Source of the DNA: Phallusia mammillata
Taxonomy: Eukaryota
NCBI GenBank assembly: GCA_965637545.1
Contig: OZ281496.1
Coordinates: forward strand, 13,144,001 to 13,208,000
Length of the DNA: 64,000 nt
Direction of reading: 5' to 3'
Below the pieces are notes generated by a model. It was not told where the DNA came from. It saw only the letters and a list, made by a program, of their open reading frames with translations, and searched no databases. The translations under genes were made by a program, and so were the position numbers. This document shows positions 49,043 to 61,478 of this stretch, in pieces (position 1 is the first letter of the stretch; each line of letters starts with the position of its first letter).

Positions 49043-52000
49043 TTAGAGTTGAGTTTCGTCCACAACTTCCACGTTCACTCGTCGGTCGGCTTCTGGCTGT
49101 TGACGTGGACGTAGCTCCCACAAACGCTCCCGAATATAATCATAGAGCAATTTCGGTGCGTTTGAGTAGATGAGAGGATTGAGGGAGCTGTTGATGGGAA
49201 GCAGGACTATTGCCGAAACTGCGTAGATCACTGGAGGTACAGTTGTTCCACCGAAGTTCAAGAAAGCCATGATAGAAATTGGAATCCAGCAGAAGAAATC
49301 GGTGAAGATCAGTCGGATGATTTTCTTTTGCATTTCTAGCAAATGCAAGACAGTTTTACTGTTTTTCTTATACAAAAACACCTCATTAGGTTTACCTTGG
49401 TTTTGTTTTTCCGCTCTTGGATTTCTCACCCCCTCATTCACTTTCCTGCCACTGGACGTTGACTTTTTGTAAATCCAAATGTACGTCACTGCCACAAATA
49501 GAAAAGCCAAGAAGTTTAGTATGATGATACCAAGTGAATATGTCCAAGCCTTGTCTGTTGGTTTCACGTAAAGTTTGCTGATACAAACGCTGTTGGTGCT
49601 GTAGTATCTATGAAAACATGTTAAGGTATTAAAGCACTCAATATGTTACAACCCATCAGTATTTGCAACCACATACCCAAAATATCCTGCGATGCCAAAC
49701 ATTTCGGTGTAGTTATAATCTTTGAGAACATCCACAAGATCCGTCCAGGAATAAGTATTTTCTAGCTTCGCAACTGCAGTTTCATACTGCTGAGAATCGT
49801 TGAGAGTGAAATTGTGTTGAAAATTTACAAACTGCTCCATGAAATTCTCCATGCCTGCACAAAATACAAAGATGTTTCCAACAGATTAAACAAATCAATG
49901 ATAATTATGATTTGAATGGATATACAAAAGCGCAAAAAATCTTACGTGAAAATTCCACTGCAGCACTTTGGAAAAACGGGTTTTCCTTTATCCATGCTTT
50001 TGTTTCAAACAAATGTTGGAATTGAGATGTGAGAGGAATAAATGCCAGAGTGAATGAAATTGACCACGACAATAGAATGGTAAGGATGACAACTTCAAGC
50101 TTCGGGTATACAGATGCGTTGAAAGGCTGAAAAAAAATGGTTCATTGTTTGAAAAAGCATGAATGTGCATGTACACAACTGAATTACTTACGTGTTTTAC
50201 AGCATAGAGTCGAAATAATGTCAGCAGAACCATTGTAAATACTGATGTTTCGCTGGAAAGCAAAACCAATATTCCCATTGTAGTGCAACTTTCACTTGAC
50301 CTCCAAAAAAGGTCATTGGCGCAATATTTTCCAGAGTAGTGAACACCAGCTGCGCCCAGCATGAGAAGATAAACTCCCATAAGCAGATCAGAAACAGAAA
50401 GATTGAGGACAAGAAGATGGTTGGTGCGAGAAGCAGCTGTTTGTGATTCTGTTGTCATCAAAGTTTTTGCTGTCGTTGCCATGACGACCTGTGATGTTAT
50501 TGCAAAATTCAAACGTGATACTTCATGTGTTATTATTATGCAGTTCAAGTCTAAACATACCAAATTTCCAAAGATTGCAAGAAAGCCCATGATCCACACA
50601 ACAGCTCGTAACAATGGATTAGCGATCAGTTCGTATCGCGAGGAGAAAATGTTCTCATCTGTTCTTGTCGATTTTGATGGACATTCGTCACTCCAGTCAG
50701 AACAATCTCCAAATCCGTTGAATTTCTGTTGGTTAGCAACATTTGAATGTTGAAAACTGGAAATACCCAGTAGTCATTTAATGTAGTAATACTTTTTCCT
50801 TTTTGACAAAGAGTGGTTGTTTGTTTTCGCAATAGAACCTTCCGTCATTCGTGCAGTTTTTTTCGTCACTTTCATCATCGCAGTTTATAGTGAAATCACA
50901 AACCTCAGCGTTGCTAATGGAAACCTGAAGACATAGAATTATGCTGCAATCAAAAATCACTACCTTGTGAAACAGCATACCTTAACTCCATTTAACGCTG
51001 AGCAATAGAATCTATCCTGATTCATACAATTTTCAGGTTGTTCGTCACTCTTGTCTTTACAGTGGACAAAACCGTCGCAAACTTTGGAACGAAATTCAGT
51101 TAGTGTTTCGTATGCAGTTTCGTCACTTCCGTCTTGACAGTGGATGACCCCATCGCAAACTTGAGATTCAGGGATGCTGAGAAGCCCGTCGTTAGTGAGA
51201 CAATGTTTGCGATGTTCGCAAAGATGAGGATCCTCATCGTGAATGAACCATATACCAACATAGTTAATCTCAGATGGACAATCTCTTTTCCCGTCGCACA
51301 ACAGTTCGGTGTTTGGATTGATGCTCTTGCGACGAAAACATACAAAACAATTTTGTCAATAAAAACAGCACACTTGTTACCATACATATGTTGTGACAAA
51401 CAAGCTTGTATAAACAGTGGCTATTAGTGTTACGTTAATCTGACGCGCAGAATGGAAGCATGAAAGACATGTTATTATAAAATGTCGGTTCTTGATTCGG
51501 AGGAGTAAGACGTCCTAAACTGAAAATTCGTTAAAATAAAACTCGAATCAGTATCAAATATTAACAACTAATGCACAATTACTACAGCTATGTGGCTTAG
51601 TGTGATTTCAGGCTCGAATTAAGTTGGGGAAAACACTCAGTTGTGGGCACACCCGTTTCAATAAAATGGAAAAAGCTCGGCTCGACTTACAACTCTGTCG
51701 TGATCCGAAATCTGAAAAAAAAGCGCAAAATGATAAAATCTATCTAAAAGGCATACTAAGTTAAATCGCAAATTATCAAACAAAAAAGTTCATAAAATGC
51801 AAAAAAACAAAAAAGGCCAATGTTTAAAATCAATGTAAAATGTAAATGTATAATTAAGTTGTAGAAATACAAAGTATGGTGGTGCTTATCGACCAACATA
51901 AAGATGCAAACAAATCGAAAATAAGCATTTGAGTGACAAGGACATTTTATGTCGCCTTAATTTCTTACCTTGGCAACAGTGTGGAATTGAAAACCCTTGT

Positions 52001-54473
52001 CACCAGTGTAAAATGTAATTTGTTTGGTTTAAATATTCAGTACTAAACCAGTGCGTATAAGCAATTTTTAAACCGTAAACAAAATTTTAAGATTAATCTT
52101 TGTCAGATTGGGACAAATTAATCAATTATACATTTGCAAATTTTCTATTAGCATCGTGAAATACATTATCTTGTAGCAATGTTAACTTCCATTATCGGAG
52201 AGATTAAAACTCTGAAGCATCAATCGTGGTTGTTTTGTAATATTTTTGTGCCATTTTTTACATTGCGTGGCGAGTATCAACTAATTTGTCTCCACACATT
52301 TTGTTTCTCTGTCGCATTTAACCGAAAAGATTTGAATCCACCGTTCAGAATAAGTAATCAGATTTTTTTTCTTCTGGCGTTAACTATTATTGTTGTTTTT
52401 TTAGTTTTGTTTAATTACTAATCACCCACTGCCAGAATTCTGTCCACTAAAAAGGTAGCAAAAAGTTTATACAACATCATTTCTTTTTATAACCTACATT
52501 ATCTTAACCTACTATATAACTACTGAGCCTCCAACAATTATGTACTACATTCAAGTAGATAGATAAGCATTTAGAACCAGCGGATAAAACAATTTAATTC
52601 AAATTATATACTTACGTATGATGACAAGCACTCCCAATAGCCTTCAAGAATGGTGTCGGTTGTTGATGAGGTTGAGCAATTAGCCTCCACACTCACATTA
52701 CCACTAAACATATTTTAAGGTATTTACCACAAAACCATTTACTATTTCCACGTATTAAACAAACGAATTCTAATGGTAACCATGATATGCGACTTAAACT
52801 GTGTTCACATGTACTTTGACAACTTTCCACAATTCTTCACTTGGACCCTTTCACAAAGACACTCATCGCTCTTATCAGGACAATCGATGACGTCATCACA
52901 CACACTTGACCTTGAAATAATCATGGGGTCGTTTATGCACTGGAAGCACAAACTGTGATTGAAGGTGACAGACGGGAAACCGCGAATATCTCTGCAAAAG
53001 AAGAAAACAGTTGAAAATCCTGGTTGAATGGCTTGATGTTACTATCATTTAAACATACCTGGGATCTTCTTTTAGTTTCTCGTCAACCGATGTGAAGCAG
53101 AAATCAGCTGAATCGTCGCAATCCTGGATGGTATCAAACAACAACTGCTGAGGCAACGTACACGTTTTGCCGTTTCTGACACATTTGAAGCCGTGTCCGT
53201 TTGCTCGGGGGATTAAAGGGCAGTTGTTACATACATCGCCATCACACACTGATGAACGCTTCCAGCAAACTGAGTTCGAACACCAAAAGTGGGAGGGACA
53301 GAGATGCTCACAGGGGGAATTTCCATCACATGGTGCATACGCATCACATACGTCACTTTTTGTCAATGCACAGGAAGTGTTGGTTGGTTTCAGTATATTG
53401 TGACAAACTCCATCAATGTCGAAACAATCACATCTAAACAACTCGTATTTTTGCTACACGAGTTTTCTAACAACAAATAAACAAACCTACCTCTTATGCT
53501 TTGTTAGAAGTTTAAGGCTTTTACATATTTCTGGAACTTTTTCATCACAACTACATTCATCGCTCATATCAGGACAATCTTGGATGCCGTTACACACATT
53601 TGATCTTGCAATTATCATTAAGTCATTTTTGCATTGAAAGCACAATTGATTGTTGAATGAGGCAAACGAAGCTTTCCGAATGTCTCTACCAACGCAATAA
53701 TAGTTACACAATTTTACAAATGAAAAATATGTACTACAGACTACAGAGATGTTTGCCTTTGAATTTACAGAATGGTGCAGATAAATATGATGCGCAATTT
53801 GCTTAATATAGAATTAATGTGCTTAATTAATAGTGGCGTATATGGAATTTAAATCAAAGTATAAGAAAGGTAGAATTCTGATTGGTCAGTTTGTGCCAAC
53901 CGTAAACTTTGCAATCAAACGCTATAAGCATCTCGTATGTATTTTTAATGGAAATTTATGTGGAAAGAAAGGTATATTCCTGTTGGCGCTTTAGATTGGG
54001 CTAATTCGCTAAGCTGTTGACTTAAATCTATATGGTTATCACTTAACAAATCTAATCGCTTGACGCTTCCTTGAAAGATTGCATCTAATTTGAAAGCGAA
54101 ACTAAACAAAACTAAAACAGAATTTGGACTTTACCTGGGATCTCCATTTTCGGCAGTGAAACATAAATCAGAGCCATTGTCGCAATCTCTTACTCCGTCC
54201 CACAAAAACATTTGCGGAAGTAAGCACATTCGGTTGTTCTTGACACATTTGAAGCCGTATCCGTTATTCCAATGTTGAAACGCAGGACAGTCATTGCAGG
54301 GATCGCCATCACATACAGTCGAACGCTTCCAACAAGTTGAAGTCGAACATCGGAAATAGGAGGGACATTCGACTTCACAAAGTGTTTTATTTCGACATGG
54401 AATGTCACCTTTGCAATATTCTTGTCTTCGTAGTTCGCACACATTTCTCTCTCTGTTAAGCGTGTTGTCGCAG
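49043..54473 (-). CDS. LDLa-repeat rhodopsin-class GPCR (RXFP/GRL101-related, no LRRs): Cys-rich exons and 7TM exons
   Basis: Phase-compatible exons at 54135-54473, 53491-53685, 53059-53433, 52815-52991, 52616-52703, ~50981-51326, 50793-50924 and 50561-50725, then TM exons to 49043. LDLa motifs C....C.D.SDE. TM motifs: LIAN..LR.VVW..G.LA..GN, NLSVSDLLMGVYL, YYSTNSVC, TDFFCWIP, LPINSSLNPLIY. Confidence 0.92.
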
Positions 54474-54942
54474 CTGTAAAGAGCAAGTAATATGAATGTA
54501 ATGTAACAAATATCCAATTATTCAATACGATGATTAACGAAGTCGATTAATATAGATTAATATTAACATGGCTTACAAATATAATACTCATTATTTACTT
54601 CAAATGTAAATGTTGTGCAGGATTGGTGTTGTTCAGCCGAAACCAAAAAATTCGCTAGGTGGCAGCACCTTCCGGTCATAAAGTGCACTGGTTATGCTGG
54701 GTGATGATAGCGAAATATAGTCTTTGTCGAGTTTTACTGGTGTTTTATGTAGTTTTTTTTAGTCCGAAATGTTTCTAACGATTTATTAGACCAACAAATA
54801 TTGCAATATGCGACAGCATTGCATTAATAGCGTGATTATTGTGCGTATTTCAGACTAAAAAATGTTTATTTCTCTCTTCCGTTAGATGTGAGTGGACTAA
54901 GACTATACTTTGATTGAAGCTTATTGTAGTAGTGTTATAAGA

Positions 54943-56268
54943 ATGCCAACATACAGTTGTGTTCATGGTTGCAAAAGTAAGATTGGAGGACATCTTTTTG
55001 TAAAAGACACTTTGGAAACCAAACTTAAGCTCTTCAATTGTCTGTTATGAACATTTTAAGCCAACAGATTATGTTATTGCTAAAAGATCTCAACAAGGAA
55101 GACGGAGAAAGCGGAATTTGAAAAATAATGTGTACCTTCTTTATTTTGATTTAGAGAAACAGTCTCAGAAGAAAGCAAAAGACAAAGAAATGAAAATTGC
55201 ACTGTCTGTGATGTGATACCAGATGTAGCTTGCGAAATTGCAGTAAATTCTATGGATACAGAAGTAACATCTGAATCCAATGATTCTGCTATTTACCAAT
55301 TAAATGCAAAGTTGCTACACAAACAGCAGGCCCAATGCTGCTGTGCAACAAAGTAAATTTTAATCTTGAAGTCTTTAAAAATGACAACTGTGCTATACAG
55401 TATTACACTGGGTTTGATGATTACCAACATTTTGATCTGTTTTTAACATATTGGGTCCTATATTTGAACTATAAATGTGATGTTGTGAGTCCAAGAAATC
55501 CACTTTTTCTTACCATTATTAAGCTTCGACAAAATAAAGATCATCAAGATCTGGGTATCTTATTTGGCATATCTAAGGGAAGCATTTCAATTTTTTTTCT
55601 ACTTGGGTCAGATTTTTATGGCAACAGCTAAACGAAATCAACACGTGGCCATCTTCTGAAGTAGTAAAGCAATCCATGCCACAAAATTTTAAACAAAAAT
55701 TTCCAACTACAAGAGTTATTGTGGATGCAACAGAAATTCCTATTGATCTAAATTCACAATCAAGTACATTTCCACATACAAGAATAAAAACACAATCAAA
55801 ACTATCGTGGGTATAACACCAAGAGGAACAGTTTCATTTGTGAGTGATAGCTTTGGGGGTGCTGCAAGCGATGGACGGATTATCGAAGATTGTGAATTGT
55901 ACTTAGAAGCTGCAACCCGGTTTGAACCGAAAGATAGAATAATGGCAGATCGTGGAATGATGGTGCAAGATCTTTTTGCCATGCATGATGTGTTTGTAAA
56001 CACGCCTACAATGCTTCGAGGGCAGTCACAACTAACATCAGAAGATGTGTTAAAAGATCGACGTTTTGCATCAAAAAGGATTCATGTCGAGCGTGTGATA
56101 TGCCTGGCCAAAACTTATAAAATTCTGCAGTCAACAATTCCACACGGCTTGCTTCCTCTTGTATCTAAAATAGTTTTTGTCTGTTTTGACAAATTTTCAC
56201 AAAAAAATGTTGTTTTGAACAAAATGTTGACAAATTTTCGTCGAAGTGTAGTGAATGAACTTGCATAA
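54943..56268 (+). mobile_element. ISL2EU-type THAP plus DDE transposase, degenerate
   Basis: THAP: MPTYSCVHGC...W.P...IVCYEHF..TDY...R.LK..VPS. DDE: LFLT.IKLR, IVDATEIPI, YKNKNTIK..VGITPRG...FVS..GG.ASD, MADRG, RIHVERVI...K.YKIL. Confidence 0.85.
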
Positions 56269-56425
56269 TAAAAACATTTTATTGCTTTTGCATGGAACAC
56301 TGAAAAAGCATGCATAACAGAACAGATTACATAGTAAACAAAACCTAAACAATATTGCAAATGCATTTAGCGAGAAATGGTCGCCAGTGTTTTTCATATC
56401 AGGTTTTTAACTGGGGAAGCACACA

Positions 56426-57597
56426 CAGGGGCGGATTTAGAAAAAAATTAAGGGGGGTGTCCAACAATTATTTGGGAAATTCCCTAGTGCAATACTGACG
56501 TTACACAATATGATTTGGGTATTCCCCTTTCTAAAAAACGTCAGAAGTTTGACGTCACTCACGCACCAAAAAAGCTGCGGTCGCAAGGTATCATTTTGTA
56601 AATACGCAGTGCTCAATGCATAACAGAAATTTGGGGTTGGGAAAAACTGTTTTACTATCATGGACGCACAGAGCTTGTGATGTTGCATTGTTTATAACGA
56701 CGCATTAAGCGGCAGTGTGCTTTGTCCAGAACTGCAAGCAGGTTCAAACCCGAAAGTACAAGACCTCAACCTAACGCGCAACTTTGGCATGTCGCAAATC
56801 GAACAGCATCTGTTATTAGAAATCGTTAAAATTTCCATTTACGGTTCTACTCTCTTGCTTACTCAACAAAACGGTGGTTGCAAGATAAACGTGACGGTCG
56901 GGTAATCAAAATACAAGACGTGCTTTAAAAATAACCTTTAAAGAAGTAGTTCTCAAACTGTGCGTCGCGACGCCCAGGTGCGTCGTTTCAACTTTTCCAG
57001 AGGCGTCGCAACAAAAAAAGTTTGAGAACCACTGCTTTAAAGGACTGAACGCCTTTTTGAAACGATGGTTAACCTTTTAAGTTGCGCACCGTTACGAATG
57101 CAATTAAGTTGGTTACTATGCAAGGCATAAAAAATGCCAAGCATTGGCAAGTTGCCAATTACGTGTACCTTAACAACATGGTTCGATTTACATCGAATAT
57201 TTGTGACAACAATTGCGTGTTTGGTAGGTCATAAACAATATAGCATGAAACATTTAAACCAGTTAAGGCGGATTAACATTGTTTCAATACATTAAATTTA
57301 GTGCAGTCAGCACTTCTGACTTCAGCGTCCTTGGCGGATAATCACTTTTGTATTGTCAGCGCAATAAACTCTTTATTTTAATCCTTGTTACGTCATAATA
57401 GACTAATAGATAAGCCAATACCAAACGATGAAGGCGCATAGCTTTGAGACAACGACTCCATGTAATTACGCAACGGTAAACGGAACGTTTGGCCTATATC
57501 TACGCACAACTTTTTCAAAATGGGAGTCGTGCAAATTGCACCAATTTTCTGAGGGGGGTGTCCAAACACCAAACACCCCCGTCTAGATCCGCCCATG
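56426..57597. mobile_element. hAT-type MITE with CAGGGGCGG termini, 1172 bp
   Basis: TIR caggggcggatttag vs catgggcggatctag (13/15) and a perfect 8-bp TSD agcacaca. Confidence 0.9.
56944..57034. mobile_element. 91-bp hAT MITE nested in the previous element
   Basis: TIR aagtagttctcaaact / agtttgagaaccactg and a perfect TSD ctttaaag. Confidence 0.9.
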
Positions 57598-58130
57598 AGC
57601 ACACATGTAGCATAAAATTGAGGACCTGGTTTTACTATTTCCATGTAAAGTTACAAAATGTATATACGATAAAATAACATTGCGATTTCTTTGTTATTGC
57701 AAGTTGACCTTGAATTTGAAAGTAATAATTGTGGTTGTTTTTAAGGGAAAGTTTTCTGTCTACTAATTGAAGAGATGGAAAGTCTTTGCCAACTGCTATT
57801 TTAGAATTTCTACCATTATAAGGGCATTTAACTTCTGTTATTGCATTAACTCCAACTACAGCATCAGGTGTGATAGCCAAATAGGGTTCTTCTACACTGA
57901 TGTGCAGTCCACAATAAAGCACATCAAAACCAGTAAGCAAAGAAACTTAATTGCATTCGTAACGAGCAGCACCCCCACAAATTTTAGGCACGAGCCGCCA
58001 CTGCCTATACCTAATCACTTATTCACTAGTACAACTGAAAAACATGGATCAAAAAAAAAAAAAACATGGATCGGATAAAATTCAGATAACTCATCTAAAC
58101 CAGGGGTTCCCAACTGGGGGTACTCTAAGG

Positions 58131-58887
58131 CAGGGGTGTCAAACTCTTGGGGTTCGCGGGCCACATTGCAGTTTGGGATTTATGCCGAGGGCCGCATGTG
58201 ATTTTTAATCTGGTTTTGTACACTTAAACAGCCTTTTCGCTACGACGACCGCATTGCAGATCCCTATTTCACCAACAGCCGCCAATTATCTGCTTGTTTT
58301 TGTTTAAAAATTACAAGAAAAAGGTTTATATCATATATATACCATATATTGACGCCCCAAAAGCCCAGATTAATTTCCAACTTAATGTACAGAATAGGCT
58401 CCACAATGTGAAGACCAGTTTTACTCTATTATTATGTCATAATCTACATTGTGACGCTTTTCGTACCTGCTTTTTCGCATTGTTTGCACACAATAGGCCT
58501 ACAAAAAAGTCGCATATGGCTGCTAGGCTGGTAATACTCGTTTCAGTAACACAAAATCTGTTTAGGGCAGTTTGAAAATCAAAAGTTTTGCCAAAGGAGT
58601 TTTAATTACATCACGCCTGCCAGTACATATATTTTAATGTGACCGTACGGCTGCGGGTTGTACACCCTTGACTGAAACGGTTTAAGTACTATCGTTGCTA
58701 TTCATAACATTTGTATGCATAAATTAAATTTCGGTAAACGTCTGTTTAGCTTTCAACTTGAAAAGGAAGAAAAATTTAGTATAATTAGATAAAAATCTGA
58801 CAAAATACTACAATTGTTATTGACAGTTCGTGGGCCGCATTGGAGGGCTTCATGGGCCGCATGCGGCCCGCGAGTTTGACAGACCTG
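58131..58887. mobile_element. hAT (Charlie-like) MITE, 757 bp, nested
   Basis: TIR caggggtgtcaaactc / gagtttgacagacctg (14/16), a perfect TSD ctctaagg, and subterminal gggccgca motifs. Confidence 0.95.
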
Positions 58888-59287
58888 CTCTAAGGGGTAC
58901 GAGATTGAACATCAAGGGGTACGAAGATGCTTGGGCCAAACAGCAGCTTTTCAAACAGATTTCACAGCACGTTCTTTGCTTTAAAAAAACAATTATCTCC
59001 AAACAATTGTTGTTATTTAGCAAGAAGCCTCATTGTTACATAACAATGTTGTTTTTACTTGCTGCCAGCATTAAACAACAAAGCACAAAGTTAGGGAAAA
59101 AATGCACAGATAAAGGGGCATTCAATGTAGTTTTGCTGCAAATCTGCTACAAACGGTCTATTAACCACCTCTAGAACTAACGAAAGTAGGGGAAGGCGAG
59201 GCAAAACGGGTACTGCATTGTTTTCATATTAAATGAACTGTTACTACCATTTTGTTTTGCGTAACTGGAATTAAGACTGATAAATGT

Positions 59288-59680
59288 GGGTGACACTAAA
59301 ACGCTGAATGGGCGGGAGATGGCGGGACGTCGTGAAAACCGCTGAATATCGGGTTAAATTGCTGACGGTTAGTGCTATTAAGGTTGGTATAAGGTTTTAT
59401 AATAGAAAATCATTAAAAATAATTCCCCCGGATACCTTCCGCGACCGAGCGAAACATTCAGCGGCCGAGGGAAACATTCAGCGTCCGAGGGAGACTTCCC
59501 GCCCAAGCATTTTTGCTGAATGTCAGGAAACAGCTGAATAAGTTTTAGGCAGGGACATTTTTTGATTCATATACTTTTATAAAACCTCAACCCAACCCTA
59601 ATAGCACTAACCGTCAGCAATTTCCCCGATATTTAACGGTTTCCGCGACGTCCCGCCCATTCAGCGTTTTAGTGTCACCC
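59288..59680. mobile_element. Palindromic MITE with GG..CC ends and an 8-bp TSD (Merlin- or MULE-like)
   Basis: 30-bp terminal IR gggtgacactaaaacgctgaatgggcggga, extending imperfectly to about 115 bp. Perfect TSD ataaatgt. Confidence 0.9.
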
Positions 59681-60473
59681 ATAAATGTTATGTAAAACTT
59701 TGGAAAAACTGCTGCTCTTTTTAGAAGTCTAAAATAGAAAAAAATCTTAAGTATGATAGCCTAATTTTATTCTTCGATATAATGTTTAGTAACATATTTT
59801 TACAAGTTTAGAATACCGGGTAAACGTTTAATGGAGCTATAAAAGCAATTTCGTTTAGCAATATACATCGGAAAAATTCCATCAGAATTTTTTTGGGGGT
59901 ACGAAGAATGCTCTAAACTGACAAAGGGGTACGAGCAGCAAAAAAGGTTGGGAACCCCTGATCTAAACCAACTATCAGTTTTACTAATGCAAATATATTT
60001 CAAACTAACAAGAGAAAATATCGCCCGTTGTCACACTTAATACCATCAAAAACTTGTTTCGAAATATCCCCCACTCAAGTAACTGCCAGGACATGCGCAT
60101 ATGCCTCACACAATAACTCCTTTTCCAACCTATTTTTTGCATTTCTTTTTGCATTTTTCCAAAATAGTTGAAAAATTCTACACCATTACTACTACGGAGA
60201 AAATATTTTGAATTGAACGTAAAAAAGACGCGCCGAGGTCTCCATATGGAAGGTGGCGGCACCTAGTGGATGAACAACCCCATTATCGCAGCTTCAAAGA
60301 GCAATTATTTAAATCATATGATGTGAAGATAATAACAAGATTTAGTTACAATTTACAAACATATTTCAGTTTACTAATATCATTTAAAACTGTTGCTGTT
60401 GGTTTACTTTTCAAGTTTTTGTCGCACTTGTAAATTGTATTTTTGAAAATTCAAAGTTTAAAGTACCGTTTAC

Positions 60474-60612
60474 CTGATGTAGGTTGATGTTAAGTTTTCA
60501 GGGTAGGTGGAAAATGTGACTAGCTTCTCATCACTGATGTCAAAGCAGTCCGGCACGTCATTGCAAAACAAACTGGTAAGTATAGTTTCCCCAGATGCTT
60601 CGCATTCGTACC
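60474..60612 (-). CDS. Predicted exon 2 of the LDLa-GPCR (LDLa-like module)
   Basis: ttgttacag|GG YECEASGETILTSLFCNDVPDCFDISDEKL...YI AG|gtaaac. The phase-2 end joins the exon starting at 54473 (AG+C TGC). Confidence 0.75.
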
Positions 60613-61423
60613 CTGTAACAAACACAAACATGATAGCGGATTGTTGACGTTGTATTACATCAAAGCGACAATCAGTAAACCAGTTACCAAATTTTACGAA
60701 AAAATAAAAAATATGCGAATGTTACTGGTAAGCAAGCATTTGATTGACTAGTTTGAATTCCATGTAAACCGTTAAAACCGTTTTCATATAATATGTCCGC
60801 ACGTTGCGAAGAAATGGTTATAGCCTATTGTTGTAAAGTAAATAAATCGTGTGCGTGACAAGCAAAATGCACTGGCACCATACCCCAAGAGAGCCGATAA
60901 TTTGCTTAACACTATAGGTAGCACAAAGAGCAATTGCGTCTATATGAAAATATATTTCTGTAAAAATACTGAAGGTTAGGGCTATTTTGTTTGGGATGCG
61001 GTTTTGTATTAAACAATTCACTCTTCTACAACGTATATCTGTTTGATATTTAAAACCATGATATTGTTTTTTAATGTTTTTAATGGCATTAATGAACTTT
61101 TCAAACATGCAATTTTTTGCTGTCGTGTGACACTGTAACAAATGTTTCGATAGTACATCAAATAAACTTTTAGAGGATAGCGTTCTATGAGAGCATGAGG
61201 AATATATGAACATATTATTTTTGATGGTATTATAAGGAATATTACCACAATATTCACTTAGTATATGTGCATTAATCCATATAAAAGCCAAGTTTTAAAA
61301 TACGCATTTTAAGAGACTAACATTACCATGATGTTGGGATAATTTTGTTACCCAATGAAACATTTGATTGAACGGATCAAGTAGAAGTTGTCTTTGAGAT
61401 TACGTTGATTTATGTAAACTTAC

Positions 61424-61478
61424 CCGTAATGCATGCGGGTGCGATGAACCATATCGATATTGCAACAACAAACATCAT
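61424..61478 (-). CDS. Predicted signal-peptide exon (exon 1) of the LDLa-GPCR
   Basis: MMFVVAISIWFIAPACIT G|gtaagt. The phase-1 donor matches exon 2. It is preceded by a strong acceptor, tttttttctttag. Confidence 0.7.

Larger units (their letters stand above)
56370..57960 (-). pseudogene. YqaJ/lambda-exonuclease-like gene (ISL2EU second gene), split by a hAT MITE
   Basis: CGLHI...PYLAITPD......EVKCPY, HNYYFQIQGQL.IT...C.F.VY. Removing 56426-57605 restores ...FYATCVLPQLKT.YEKH. Confidence 0.85.
58101..59960. mobile_element. hAT MITE (outer element) hosting two later insertions
   Basis: TIR caggggttcccaac / gttgggaacccctg and a perfect TSD atctaaac. Confidence 0.95.

Noticed and set aside
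54474-54517. Apparent signal peptide MDICYITFILLALYS
   Set aside because: The start is TTG and the stretch is the intron polypyrimidine tract ending ctctttacag. A better signal exon exists at 61424-61478.
60818-61291. 157-aa ORF as a KDZ transposase or an extra GPCR exon
   Set aside because: No diagnostic motifs and no convincing phase-compatible splice sites; it lies within predicted intron 1.
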